Source: Geosiphon pyriformis uo1 (Eukaryota > Fungi > Glomeromycota). Taken from it: a DNA stretch of 64,000 nt. The stretch is from NCBI GenBank assembly GCA_016748015.1, contig JAAOMT010000439.1:76389-140388 (forward strand), in the 5' to 3' direction. This document shows, in pieces, positions 24,778 to 48,900 of this stretch (the stretch's first letter is position 1; the number at the start of each line of letters is the position of its first letter). A model generated the notes under the pieces. The model worked only from the letters and a program-made list of their open reading frames with translations. It searched no databases and was not told the DNA's origin. The translations under genes were made by a program, and so were the position numbers.

Positions 24778-26031
24778 ATGGGAGCATTGATATCCCGTTT
24801 CCAGTCGCGAGGTGACGACGATTATGAAAAGATTCTTTCAGAACTCGATGACAATATTCGCCGTGCGGAAGTTCGTCTTGCTGAAATAAAAATTCGGGAA
24901 AGACGTGCCATGATAGTTTGGCTTGTTAATTCCACATTAATGTATGTTATTTATGTGATTGGGTATTTGTATTTTGCCTGGCAGAAATCGGGAAACGACA
25001 ATTGGGATGTTTGGGCATTGAAGATCGCACCAGTTTTTACTGTCCCCGCTCTCATTCTTATTGTCAAGAATTTCCTTGCGTTATGGTACAAACGACGAGA
25101 GTCCAACGAAGAAACCCAACTTCGACATCTTCGGGCAAAACAAAAGTTAAAAGTGGAAGAACTGAAAAAAAAAACCGGTTATTATGCAACTAAGACGCTT
25201 CTTGAACGATTTGATTCTCCCAAAACTCAGAATCAATTGGGAAATCCAATTACTTCTGCTCAAATGGGATCATTTTTACGGTCAGGAACTCCGGGAGAAA
25301 TCCCAATTCTTCGTCAACGTCCTGTCCACTCCCAATCCACACCACCTTTGGATGGACTAAACGGGGACACTTCAAAATTATCAAAAATCGAAGATTATAA
25401 TAGCCCTGGATCTTTGACTACTCCACGCTCATATACATATCCTCCTCCCACTCCTGATTCAATCACTCCTTTACAGCGACATTGGTATGACAAGCTTGTT
25501 GACGTAATTGTTGGTGATGAAGGTCCAGAGACGAAGTACGCTTTAATTTGTGAGAATTGTCACGTACACAATGGGCTGGTGTTGTCGCAAGAAATTGAAG
25601 ATATTCAATATATGTGCCCAAAGTGTAATCATTTTAATCCATCTCGACGTAGCATTCGAGAAGGTAACTTCAGCAAGAATAATGGGCACAGCAATAACAA
25701 GTTGAGCAATTTTAAAATGGATAAAAGCTTAAAACAAACTTTAGACTCAGTGACACCGAGACGAGGTAGATCAACTACGCCACGTTCAATGAGTCGAGAG
25801 TCTTCTACAGATCAAGATGAAAGGAGAGATATTTATGACGACTTTGGAGATGATGGGCTTGCTGTTAGTAAAAGGTTGGCCTCAAGATCAACAAGCAGGA
25901 CGAGGACTAGTCCAAGTCAAATTCGAGTTGAAAATCTTAATACCAGTGAAGAAGTTGTTAATAAGCCAAATGGAAGTGAAAGTAGTGGTAGCTCTGAGAG
26001 TGGCAACGATCACGATGAAGTCACGATTTGA
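24778..26031 (+). CDS. LNP1: Lunapark (ER three-way junction protein), single exon, 417 aa
   Basis: MGALISRF myristoylation-type start, coiled coil, two TM segments, ELKKKTGYYAT, WYDKLVDVIVG, C4 finger YALICENCHVHNG...CPKCNHFNPSRR (LNPARK-like). Confidence 0.93.
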   Translation: MGALISRFQSRGDDDYEKILSELDDNIRRAEVRLAEIKIRERRAMIVWLVNSTLMYVIYVIGYLYFAWQKSGNDNWDVWALKIAPVFTVPALILIVKNFLALWYKRRESNEETQLRHLRAKQKLKVEELKKKTGYYATKTLLERFDSPKTQNQLGNPITSAQMGSFLRSGTPGEIPILRQRPVHSQSTPPLDGLNGDTSKLSKIEDYNSPGSLTTPRSYTYPPPTPDSITPLQRHWYDKLVDVIVGDEGPETKYALICENCHVHNGLVLSQEIEDIQYMCPKCNHFNPSRRSIREGNFSKNNGHSNNKLSNFKMDKSLKQTLDSVTPRRGRSTTPRSMSRESSTDQDERRDIYDDFGDDGLAVSKRLASRSTSRTRTSPSQIRVENLNTSEEVVNKPNGSESSGSSESGNDHDEVTI

Positions 26032-29000
26032 TAATTCCAATTTCACCTTCAGGAAAGTTGTTGATAAAGAAGAAATTGAGACATTAACAGTTTTTCCCTC
26101 TGTGCCTCTTTATGGACTCAATATTACCCTTTCTACTTCCTTTTTCTCTCATACCTTTCCTGATAAATAATCTCCTGTTTATAATTTCTAAATTTTCGAA
26201 TTGCAAATAATAATAGGAATTCAAATACACTTGGTGTTTCAAATGTCTTTAAAGAACATTTTTATAGTATTAGCCTCCCATTTTATCCGAATAATGCTAT
26301 TTTTTTAATATTAAAACTCTTTAAAATATTTTGATTTAATAAATACATCAGTTATAGCATTGACGGAGGTTGCTTTACTGAAGAACAATTTTTTAATCAT
26401 TATTGGTGAAAGTTTAATTAATCAAATCATAATGCCTTAATGTCAACGGCCTGACTCTAAACCATATCCTCTATTTCAACCACAAAAACCATCATGGCGA
26501 TTCGGCGAAGCGATAGAATATTTGGGTCAAAGAAATGGGAGATTTTAAGAGAGGAATATCCCTTACACAACATCTTGGGACAAATCATTGAGCGATTCAA
26601 TCTCGCCGATGATTTTTGAATTTTTTTCACATTTAAATTGCGCAATAAGATGGACGAAACCATCCTGACTTTACTCTTCTGTTAATACTAGCATTTTGGC
26701 AGTTGAAGAGATACAACCCTTTTTCCTAATATATACCAAGAGATTGCGTTATTCCGTCGTGTCAAAGCGATAAATTTTTACGAAGCATATTAAGAGGCCG
26801 CCAAAAACAAACAAATAAAAGTACTACAAATAGTAAATTTCCATTCACAAATCTTTTGAACTATAATTATCGTTAATCACAATTCAATCATGTGGGATCA
26901 GAACTAAAATAGGTTTCAAACTGATAAACACTTCCATTTGCCTTGGAACTTACAAATCCAAAAGCAAAAAAAAAATTCAAATCAATCATTTTTTTTTTTC
27001 AAAAGCTCAATATTCAATCATCAATTGTTACTACTAATCATCAGTGACAAAAAAAGAGAATAAAGCTTTATTCCATAAGTGGGAGATTTTTATGCGTTAT
27101 TTTTTGTTTGTTTGGTTGTTGGTATAGGTATGAATAGCTATCATTATTTTTGGCGACTATTAAGAAACTATTTGATTTTAAAGATTGTTGGCATTCGTTC
27201 TTTTGGATGGCAGGTGTGGTGGTAGTTGGTGATTTTGACTTATCCGTAGATGATGATGGCGAATAAAAAATCAGGTCATTAAAGTGAGTGTTGGCAAAAA
27301 ATGTATCTAGTACATTAAATATATAACGTTGCAGAATTCTATCTATAGTTACCGTATACTATATACTTTAAAATTTACTAATCTAAAGCTTACAACTTTT
27401 AAAAAAAAGTGGAAGAAGAGGGATGAGATAGGATGGAATGGAATGGTGAAAAAAAATTCGGGAAACCCAAACCGTGCGGAATCCGACAAAAAATGGAAAC
27501 GAACCAAACCAAAATACTAGGAATAATTAAAAACTGTCGTATATTGCTCAATCAACTATATAGGGGTGGTAGGAAAAATCTATATGTTTATAAAAAGAAT
27601 GAGGAGGTTAAGGCGAAGGGAAAGTTTGAGTGGTTGAATTGGATGTTGGGTGATTGATTGATTGGTTAGCTGTAATTTTTTGTTGTTGATAAGGTTGGAA
27701 GGGATTATTGGTTGTCTAGATTTGTATGTAGATGTATGGTATCAGGTGGTAGGTTCATTAGGGTCAAAAAGCTCCTGTTATAGGTCATGGCTTTGATCTT
27801 AACGTCATGTTGGGAAGAACATTAAGCTAAAACATTTAAACAGCTCCCAGATATCTTGGGATCAGAGGCCACATATAGCACCCGATAAGGACTATCGAAC
27901 TGGACACTCTACCATATACTCGAATACACATGAACCATCTATCTATCATCGACAAACTCTCTAGTACATACAAACAAAAGTTAGCGGTGAAGAAACGGAG
28001 GAAAAGCAACTAAATAATGATTTTGATGATGCTTGGGAAACAAAAATAAATCCAGCTTTGGATTTTATTTGTTGTTCGGTTTGTGGGTTCGGTTGGTGAA
28101 TCGGTTATGGAACAAGGTGTTTTGGAGGTTGGAAATTTTGAAGGATAATTATAATTGCCAATGATAGCTTGTGTCATTCTGATCACTAAGCGTTGATACT
28201 GACTTAGAGTTATTAGGATCCGTTTGAAATATAATTTAAATAGGACGAACGCATCTTAAAAGATCCCACTGTACAGAAATGAGTTTGAAAAAAAAAATTG
28301 CAAGGAAAAAAAGATTAACAAGTTAAGGGTCCAGAAATAAGGGAAAGGGAAAGAGAAGGCGAAAGAGAAATAATAATGTACATTTGATCCTGTACTTTTA
28401 CTAAATAGCTATTCGTCTGGTTTAATTATGGTTTTTATAGTTCTAGACCGACGTGCTATTTGTGGAAATGGAAAAGTGTATGTATAAATGTGTATGTATG
28501 TATATATGTAAGTGTGTATGTAAAATCTAAGAGGTAGTTGTACCAAAAGGATAAAGGGAAAGACGCGTACGTACACGAATAAAAAGTTTTTATAAAACTT
28601 GATATCACGCGAAACCACGTCTTGACCATATTATTAATATTTTAAACTACTAGTGAAAAGAAATGTCCATGTCTAAATTATGTATGTATATGTATTGTAT
28701 ATATTACTTGTAAAGCTCACATCTATATAATAAAAAATAAAAATAAAATAAAAAAAAGGGTTTTGAAAGGCAGGTCTTGTTGCGATCCAGGCAACGAAAA
28801 GAGTATTTGTAATTTTAAATTGTTCGTGACTTCTAAATTAAAGTAAACAAGAAAAAAAATATACAACAAACGAACGAATGCCATCACGTGGCCGTACGCA
28901 AGTTTGAAAAAAGAGGGCGACATGAAAAAAAATTGCGACATTTCCCGGAAGAAACGAGAAAAAGATTCTATAAAAAATGTTCTTTGGAATTCATGATACA

Positions 29001-29204
29001 TATATATATATACTGAGTCAAGGATGAAATACTTTTTTTACTCGCACGAGGCAAAATGGTAGACCGAATTAAATGTTTCTTTTTGGGTAAAATAATGATT
29101 GTTCCTTTGAAAATTGAAATATAGTAGGAAAAAAAAAAAGAGAAGGGGAGAATTCTATCACGCATGAATAAATTTTCACAAGTATTAAAGCAATGACAGC
29201 CGAA

Positions 29205-32033
29205 TTAAGACCGCTTCGAATTGCGAGAAGTGCGTGGTCGCGAAGAAGTGCCAACGATGGAGGCGCTAATAGTAACGGCTGAATCACTTGAAGTCGATGT
29301 TTGAGTTTTTGGCGTCGACATAAGTGGAAGTTGTTTACGAGCGAATTCAACCACGATTCGCTTCCTAAGCAAATTATCATGGCAGCTGGCTTCGCAATAC
29401 CATGGTTCTTCATTAAAAACCGTTTCATCGTGGATTCCGGTTGAATTGCATTTTTGGTGGAAGGCGCGAGGGCAACCCTCGCATCGGACAAGTACATTGC
29501 CTACACAAGATTCCTTCCTGTGACAGGACGTGCAATCTAGAAATGAACAAAGAAAGTGATGAAATCAGTAATCGTTGATAAAAATGAGATCAATTTTAAT
29601 TGAAATAATTGACCAATACATACAGAGTTGCAATACTGGTCGATCACGACTAGCAACCGGTTCATCGGCGAAACCTGTTAAATCCAGCCGCGGAAGTTTA
29701 CATGCGAACCCATATCCTTTGTAATCACATCCGTGCTTGCTATTGATTGATAGAGAGAGATATTTAACGTCAAGTATAAATTTCCGTAAATTCAACAAAA
29801 ATGATAAAAAAAGAACTTACTTGCAAAGAGTTCTCTTTCCCCAAGGCCCAGGACGCCAATTGACACCTTCCGTTGTACCACAATATCGACACCAGTCTAT
29901 TCCTGATTGAGTTAAAGACTCGAAAATCGTGGGTGATTTTGTGGGTCGTGGCTCGCATTGTTCAATACCTTCCATCGGGTTTTCCTCATGTTCTTGATGG
30001 TCAGGATCCGCTGAACTGAGTGATTCAGCCGGGGAGGAACTTTCCACGAAAGGTGTATTGGGCAAGCTTTTGCTCAATTTCTTTTGGCCGACAGGAATAG
30101 TGCTGATAATGATTGGAGCTGGTTTCAAAGCGACCTTAGTCCGTTTAGTCGAGTTATTGGCAGATTTGATGCTTTTACTTTTGGTAGCCTGTAGGGCAGC
30201 CTTCATCTTTGCTACTCCATTTTTGTTCTTGTTCAGGTTAGAACCCGATGAGCTAGTCTTCTTCTTTTTAAGCTGTTTTTGGGCCTTGTTTGGGATCTTC
30301 TTATTGACCAGAGATATGACCTTCTTGGTGGCTGTGGTAACCGAGCCTGAGGGTCGATATTCTGTATCATCCTCATCGCTAGATACGGAATCACTACTGC
30401 AAAGATAATCATCAATCGCCGTCGTGGTATCATGTGAACGTATCAAAGCCGCTTCTTCGTCAACATTAATCCCGATTATGGTTTCATCAGTTGTCTGATT
30501 ATCGGAACAAACTTTTTTGTTTACTTTCCTAGAAGTATTTTTGAAAGTTTTGTTGTCGGAATTCGTTTCAAGCGATTTCCACTCATAATCGGAATTAGTG
30601 TCGTCAGAATAAGGGTAAGATTTCCGTTTTCGGCCATTACCACTTATTAACTCTGGGGTTTTTAACGGTGGACTTGGGGCGTCGTTATTAATCGTGATAT
30701 AATTTGGTCGTGTATTTTGATGGCTACGCACATCAGATGATGTTTGGATTTCTCTCGAAGCTTTCATTGCGTCAATAACAGCCGCATTAGAGGTTGAGCT
30801 AGATGTGATAGATGTATCTTTGTGATCACTGCTGTCTTTGTCATCATTTTCTTCCATATGTTCATCCTTTTTGGTAATGACCTCTCGAAGATCATGAGAC
30901 AACAACTTCGGATTAATAACAGAGATAGGAGATTCTTCTATCAATGATAATGCGGAAACAGGAATCATCTTATTTTCAATTTCATCCACAAACTTGAGAT
31001 CACGAATGTGCTTATTTATAATAGGAGCATCCCCTAAAGATGTAGAAGAATCTAGAGATGATGATGATGATGATGATGTCGAATTGGAGGCGTTATTCAT
31101 TGGCGTGCTAGACTGAGAATTGGAGATTGCATGCGACGATGTATCAGCATCGGATTCATTATAAAACAAATTAAACAATTCTTCCTCACAAGGCAAAAAC
31201 CCAGTTGGAGAGGTTGGGGATAATGGTGGAGAATTGTGTTGACCAGGTGTAGAAACGTCGGTATCGGATGAAGTATCGCTATCAAAATGGATCACCTTCA
31301 TCAAATCTTGATCATATTTTGACATTTCATCGGAAAAGAATACATCATGAAGGAGACTATTCTTGGGTTTTTCCTTTGAGAAACTGTCATAACTGATCGC
31401 AGGTAATTGTTCCAGAAGGAAAAGTGGTGCTTCATTCTGAACAGTATGAACAATTTGTGGATATTGTGACTGAAGATGATGTTGAGTTACAGTTGGAACA
31501 CTCGAAGTGAGTTTTGATTGAGCGATACTAGATGGAGCAATTATCGATTGTTGATCTTGTTTTAATTTTTGAGTAGGAACCGTTTGATTCGCGACAATTA
31601 CTTGTGGTCGATTATATTGGCGTTGAGATAATGCATTTGTTGAAACCAAGTGCTGTTGTGACTGCGGGTGAGGAATCGATTGATTCATGGGAGGAATATT
31701 ATTAGCGGATCGGTTGCTAATTTCAATTCCTTGGATTGACCAAAATTTAGTTTTGCATTTATTACATGCCGCTTGGTCCAGAATGGATTCTAGAGACATT
31801 CCAGTTTGAAGCAAAATACTCGTATTAGGTGTACAAATTTCGCAATAACCAATAATTGCCAATAAATCATTTGATGATGGAGGACTAGATCTTTGGGAGT
31901 GCTGTCGACGTTCAGGTGTTGATGAAACGGCTCTTTGATGCTGTTGCTTGACTTGGACTGGATGAGGTGGAACATGATGGGGATGGGGATGAGAATGATG
32001 GTGATGGGAATGGGAATGAGAATGATGATCTAG

Positions 32034-32081
<48 letters not shown>

Positions 32082-32648
32082 GTTGTTGTTGTTGTTATTA
32101 TTATTATGAGAAGGTTGTTGCTGATGCTGACGATGAATCGGTAATGATTGATAGGCTTGGTGATGGTGATGCATCGGTGATTGCTGATAATAAGCAGGAT
32201 AGGATTGTATTGTCTGATGATAATAGCCACCACCAGACGAATGATGGTTATAATGATCCATCAAAGGAAATGTAGGCGATGGAATTGATTGGGAAGCTGG
32301 TGAGATTCTATTATAGATATCATCTTTTGACGATGAAATATTATTCATCGAGAAATCACCAAGACTAGAAAATTGTGTTGGTACAATTATTTGTGGTTGT
32401 AGCGACGATGGGTACTGACGATTTTGAGGCAACGAATTCCTTTGTGATTGGTGCTGCTGTTGATTCGGAAGATGGGAAATTTGAGCTGGTGAAATTGGTA
32501 GAATTTGACGGGGTTGACTGTAATAGTCATGAGATTGACTCCCATTGTTTTTATGAGTAGAGTTCGAAGAGTTTACGTTCGGTGAACTTGCACGACTGTT
32601 ACTGCGTGGTTGTGAGATGGATTTTTTTATGCTCGATGTACTTGCCAT
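29205..32648 (-). CDS. Variant GATA-type zinc finger plus PHD finger protein, 3 exons (32648-29821, 29739-29624, 29536-29205), 1091 aa
   Basis: GT-AG introns keep the phase. Contains CRYCGTTEGVNWRPGPWGKRTLCNKHG, then CTSC...CEGCPRAFHQKC...WYCEASC (C4HC3 PHD). Long disordered N/Q/H/S-rich N-terminus. Confidence 0.88.
32034..32107 (-). repeat. Coding (AAT/AAC)n microsatellite encoding poly-Asn
   Basis: In-frame trinucleotide run inside the GATA-PHD exon 1. Confidence 0.9.
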
Positions 32649-32799
32649 CGGTCGAAGAATATTAAATAATGAAGTAATTCTATATGCTTGAAGAAGACCT
32701 GATTAGAAGGAAAGAAAAGCAAAAAAAAATGAGTTATGCTATTTCGAAAATTGGCTCTTTCTTTGTTTAAAAACTCTAGGATGTCATAATATATCGTGG

Positions 32800-42680
<9,881 letters not shown>

Positions 42681-44299
42681 AGTTTTTTTCTTTTTTTTCT
42701 TCTTATTGCTAGGAATTCAAAGGCACAAAATCGGAATTTCTTGAAATTTTTTCGAAAAAATTTGATAACATCACAGCTATTTTGTATGCTAATCCGGTTG
42801 AGAAGGTTTTTAAAATAAATCTAATAAAAATTTCTCGCTATCTTTTATATTATTTCTTTTCTTTTCTTTTTTTTCATATACTGGGAACAATATTATATGC
42901 TAATTCATTTAATTCCTTGAAAATCTTTGAAAAGATGATCGAGAAACTTGATGATACGTTACTTAAAGTTCTTCCAAGTAGCCTTCAATTAATTTCGATT
43001 ATTGGAGATGGAAAGAATAAAATTGTTGATATAGAATGTGCTACGCAGCTTGGTATATGTCTTGTTTTTGAACGTGAAAAGATTTTATGGATTTTTGAGA
43101 AAATCTATTTATGTGATTTGATCCTTGTCTTTTTTATTTTATAGGGATAGCAGTTTCAGATATTGGTGCATTTGAATCTGGGTTAACAAAAGGTAAAGAA
43201 TAAATTTATTTTTTTGAATTTTTCATATTTCTAATCATTTTCTAAAAAATTATTGACATTATTAGAAGAAAATGAGGTAAGTTTTTTAAAATCATTACTT
43301 TTAGAATTTCCCATTAATATAAATTTCATAATTATAAAATCATTCCATTCCCTTCCCTTTCCTTTCCTTTTAAACCTCCCAGAAACAAACCCTTGAAGAT
43401 TTAGAGGACGCCCTTTTAACCGGTACCCCAAATCATATGATCAACGATTTTGAAATTGTTTCGGAAAATGCTGCTGCTCGTGCCGCCGAGGTGATTGCTA
43501 AATTGGTCGGAGGAGAGCTTGAAGATTTGGATATTGGTGATGTTGTGCAGGGTGCTTTTGAGTTTCGGAACGTGTAAGGGGTTGGTTAGGATGGGTGGAA
43601 TAGAAATTAAAAAATTAGATTTTATTTTGAGGAGAGAGGAATCAAGAACCTGAACTTTTAGGTTTTTTGAAGGAATTTATTAAAATAGAAATTCGAATAG
43701 CCAAAAAACTAGATACAGAAAAGAATCAACTTGTTTAGTAAATTTTTTAAATTATAAAGGCAAAATTTTCAAAGTATAGAAATGAAATTTCAAGATATTA
43801 AGAGAATAACCAAATTCTATAATTATATAAAACGAATCGAGATTAATTCTAATCTTAACATGTAAGCTTAAAGAGATTGAAGAGGTTAGAAGATGTATTT
43901 TTTTCTTTGTCACAACTTTTCAGTCTAATTAATTAGTCTCACAGAACGAAAAAAGGATATTCTTAAAAGAAAAATAAATGAATAAACAAATGAAATAAAA
44001 TATTGTTACAGGTCGAAGTAATATGCTAATGGATAACAAGATTAAACAAATATTCTATGGCAAGAAAAGAATCAAAAAGAAATTCAACTTAAAAAAGTAT
44101 ACTGAATTTGTAGTGCAAGATTCATCTTATAGATATCTCAATTATTTTTTTTCAAAAAGATAACAAAAAAATTTGAAGATTAAGAAATAGTTTATACTGT
44201 TAACCAAAAATAACACAACTTTTATAATTATATGTCTTATACCAGCACTTTTATAATTCAATAACAAATATTATTTGTATTTTTCAGTAAATATTTATT

Positions 44300-45890
44300 T
44301 GATATGTTTTACAAAAGTTAACAATATAAAAATAAAAAAAATAAAAAAGAAAAGAAATAAGATCAAAAATATGAATAAGTTGAAATTGTTGTATTGATTT
44401 TGTAATTAAGAAAATAATTCTAGTTTAAAATAAATTTTTATAGCTTTAAAAAGTTTTGTTTATATATATTATTAAAAAGAAATTAATAATTAAATTAGTA
44501 ATTACATTAATAATTCAGTTAATCAATAATTAAGTTAATAATTAAATCAATAATATTAACAACTTATTTTAAAAATAAGATGATTAATATATATATATTT
44601 AAATATAATTGATTAATTAATATAACTAAAAACTAAAAGTTTTAATTATAACAATATTAATAATAAAAACAAACAAACAAACAAATAAATAAATAAATAA
44701 ATAAATTTTTTTGTTGTTATTATTAAAATAAATTTCAAAACTTTAAAATCATTATTAAATAAAATAAATAATAAAATCTTTAAATACAATAAGATTTTTT
44801 AAAACAAACCAAAATTTTTAAAAATTAATATTATGTAAATAAACACCAAAAATTATATTATTCATTCAAATAAATTATTTATAATATTAAATAATTTGTT
44901 TTATTTGGCTTAATATTATTTATAATTTTTTTTATTTTAATCTAATTTATAAGTTTTGATTTATTAATATAATAACTAATTTTTAATATTTATAAAATTT
45001 TATATATGTATTTATAAAAAAATAATAATCTGATTAAGTTTTAAAAACTTGTTTTACAAAATTTAAAAAATAATAACATATATTTAATAAAAATAAATTA
45101 AAATACCAATTAATTTAATAAATTTAATTACATTATAATAATTTAATTTTATGTTAAATAAATAAAATAAATAACAACAAAAATAAAAAAAAAGTTTGGT
45201 AATATTAATTGTAAACAAAATTAATGGTTTTTTTTAAAATTTAAAAATATGATAAAAATTATTAGAAAATTTAAACTTAATAAAATTATTTTAAATTTAA
45301 CATATTTTAATTTAATAAAAACAAAAATTTATATAAAAAAATAATTATATTTAAAAATAATACAATTAAATTAATTAAGTATATAAAAGCTTTGTAATTA
45401 TATAAATTTTATTATTTCATAATTTAAAATATATAATCAATCTTAAATATTTTATATTTAATAAATAATTAATAAAACAAAATATTAAAAATTAACTTTT
45501 TTATTTTCTTAAACAACAAATTATTTATTATTTTATATTTAGTTATTATTTATTATATTATCTATTTATCTTTTATTTATTTATTTTTATATTGTATTAA
45601 TAATTTTATATTCAAAAAACTATGTTTATTAATAATAAATATTTAAATAGTATTATTTTTTTAATATTAAAAATTATATAAAATATTAAAATACTTAAGT
45701 ATAAAATTATAATAGAATTTGTTAAAAATAAAAACATGTAAAATATTTATCAAAAAAATTTGATTTTATAATTTAAAAATAAATTAATAATTGTTAAATT
45801 TAATATAATTTATTTTTTTAATATGATTTATTATAACTAACTTATTATAAATTAAACTTTGTACCAAATTCCTAAAAAAAAGTTAAAAGT
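44300..45890. other. Near-pure AT tract (decayed repeat relic)
   Basis: Extreme G/C depletion and no ORF. Confidence 0.65.
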
Positions 45891-45939
45891 TTTTTGAAAG
45901 AAGTTTTTACAATTCAATATGATAAATCAAAACTATTTT

Positions 45940-48900
45940 TGCTTGACTACAGAACTATTGTTGGTCCCAGTGTAGCTACAATAAAAAAGTTTGTCAAAGA
46001 CTTTTGTGCTGATATTGTTAGCAAAGATGTTGTCTTTAGAAAAAAGAGAAAAAAAGGAATTTTAAAAAATGGTGCAGTTTATAGAATAGTTTTATCTGAT
46101 AAAGCAGTTGGTGACTTTTGGAAGTCTAAAACTGGTAATATTACTGAATCTGACAGTATAGATATGAAAAAGAAGTTCTTAATTAAGAAAACAAGTGTAA
46201 ATTATAGAGAAAAAGATTTTCTAGAAGGTAAAAATAAAAATCAAATACCAAAGAATCTTAGACTAATTACTAAGCAAGCTTTAAGCAAGTCTTTGGACAA
46301 AATCAACTTTCTGGACAATGATAATGATGATGACATTCTCTTGGATAATCCTGTGGTTTTTTCTCTCCCTTTGAAGAACTTGATCAATGTTTTTGTTAGA
46401 AAATTTTTTGCTCTGGATATCAGTTTAAACAATTTTGTTAGAAAATCTGCTTAGGAAAAGCTTGTGATAGTCAGAAAGTTATTTTCAAAAATCAATGGTT
46501 TTGGGGGACCTCTATTTTCTCAAAATTTGCTGAAATCATCAAAGTATTATTTATTTCTAAAATAAACTTGGCACAAACTTCCAAAAAGGCTAAGGATGTG
46601 AAAATTCTGGTAAACACCAATCTCAAAAAATTTTCTGAGCACTTAGATTGGGCTGTGATGGTAAAAAAAATTCCAGTTAGAACATCAGTTAAAACTGTGC
46701 ATGCTGCGCTATCCAAGTTTGGTATGATTAAGTCAATCAAGATACAGTTGGTAAAATTATGGCAAAAAGCTGTGATTGAGTTTAACCAGTCAGACCAGGC
46801 TGATTTGGTCGCAGCTAGATAGTCTATCCTAATTGGAAAAGATATATTACATATGGCTAAATCAGATTTAGACAAGAAGACATAGAACATAAAAAATTAC
46901 CATAAGGTGCTGCTTTATACTTTGCCAATGGGAATGAATACTCACAATATTTGGAATTTTATTGGTTCTGTGGGTAGAAAAACATATGTGATTGATCATT
47001 ATCCTGTTATATATGCTCGGACCAGATGTGCTGTTGTTTGTTTTGAATTAGCCAAATCCTTGGATGCTATCATGGACACTATTCCAGTTTTGAGATACAT
47101 AAATCTGCATTGGTTTCATTTGGGTTTTTTTAAATGTGCTAAGTGTGGAAAAATGGGTCATATGTCATTGAACTGTTTTATGGATGAGAACTTCTCCTTT
47201 GGAAGATCTTTTCATAAAGCACTTTCAGACATGAATAAAAGCAGACTAGCTACTATTTACACCAAGTATTTGGCTCTTGTTGTTTGTTCTGTTGCTTTTG
47301 GTAAAGTTTCTTGGACAAAAATAGCTGATAGATCTTCATTTTTTCCTCTCTCTGTGTGAAATAGTTTAGTCAACTTTGGCTCTTTTTTGAAGATGAAGCC
47401 TACTCTTCCTAATACAAAAGACATTGAAAAAAAGTTTGATGTTTTGAAGAGCAGTCTTGTTAGTCTTGTAAAACAAATTAGTGAGTTGGCTAAGAGGTTG
47501 GAATCATTTATGTTGGTAGTTTCTCAGCCTAGCTCTAGATGTCAGCTGCTAGTAATCCCCCCATCACAGAATCAGATGGGTAATATAGTGATAAAAGAGA
47601 GTTCAGGTGAGACCACAGGTGGTAAGACTGCTGTAAATTTGGACTTTTCTGTCTCTTCTAAGGTAAAAAGACTAAAAAACATGCTGGAAAAACTTTCTGC
47701 CTTGGTTCTGAGTCTGATAGCAAGATTTGATGGTTCAATCTTGGCTGGTAGTGCATTTCTCAAACCCCCTTCTTAATAACCAGTCTAGTTTAGAAAATTT
47801 CTATGTGTAATATTAAAGATATAAACAATCCTGCTAAGCAAGAAAATATTATGCATTAACATAAAAACATGAACAATCTGATTTTAATTTTTACAGAAAC
47901 AAAGCTGAAAGAGAAGATTTGTCTATGGATTGTTAACAAATTTGATGATGTCTGTGTGTTTACTTCTGGTTTGAACTCTGGTTATTTGGGTGCAGGTATT
48001 GCTCTAGTTATAGACAATTCTCTGGCAAAATACATATGTAAGATCTTTGAGATGCCTGGTTAGCTCATTTCTATCAAGTTGTTTTTTAAAAATAAGCTTT
48101 TTTTTTCAATTTTGGAGATCTATGCTGGTGCTTCTTTGGTAGTTTAGTTCTTTCAAGCTGGTAAAATTAATTTTATGATTACTAAAACCATGAATGAGTT
48201 CTCTTTTGTTATTTTGGGTGGTAACTTCAATGAGAATGGTTTCCATAAATGCACCAGTTTCAAAAAATGTCTAGATCTTGGTTTAGTTAATTCCTTGAAT
48301 AGAAGTTCTTATGTAAAAATACCAACTTTGATTAACTCTTAGGGTGTGGCTAAGACAATTATTTCTTGTTTATTTTTTCAAACTTGGTTAATGCTGTGGT
48401 GGATCACAATATATTTAATGTTGGGAAATTTTTTGATATTGATTATTAGGCTGTTTTCATGTTAATAGATTTGAGTGAATTGCTTAATGTGTAGCTGAAC
48501 TCCTTTTACAAGCAAGTGAATAGGGATTATTGGAAATTTGATTACAGAGATGTGAAAAATGTCAGATGGGCTAAGTTCAAAAAGGATACAGTAACAAATG
48601 CTGTTATGTTTTATGATGAGTTTTTTGCATCTGAGAAGCACTTAGACTTGGATGTGATGTGAAATACTCTTTGCAGAGTGTTATGTCTATCAGCTAATAT
48701 GGTTTTTAAGAGGAAATAGTCCAAGATCTATAACAGTGTTTTTACAAAGAGGTTGTTTAGGTTTTACAAGCTGGAGTTTTTGGTGTCTAAAGTTGTTAAA
48801 GTCTCTTGTCTGGTTTTTAGTAAAGAGTTTGCATCTTTGCTTGATAAATAGCACGTTTTGAATGCAGTCAATGTCTCTATAGTGAAGTTTCTTTTTCTTT

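Noticed and set aside
26200-29000. Possible small gene or ncRNA between lunapark and the GATA-PHD gene
   Set aside because: I found no consistent exon chain, homology or RNA-gene motif. It is more simply convergent 3' UTR and intergenic DNA.
29069-29497. 142-aa ORF as the last exon of the GATA gene
   Set aside because: Wrong frame: the splice phase selects the overlapping frame encoding the PHD finger, which ends at 29205.
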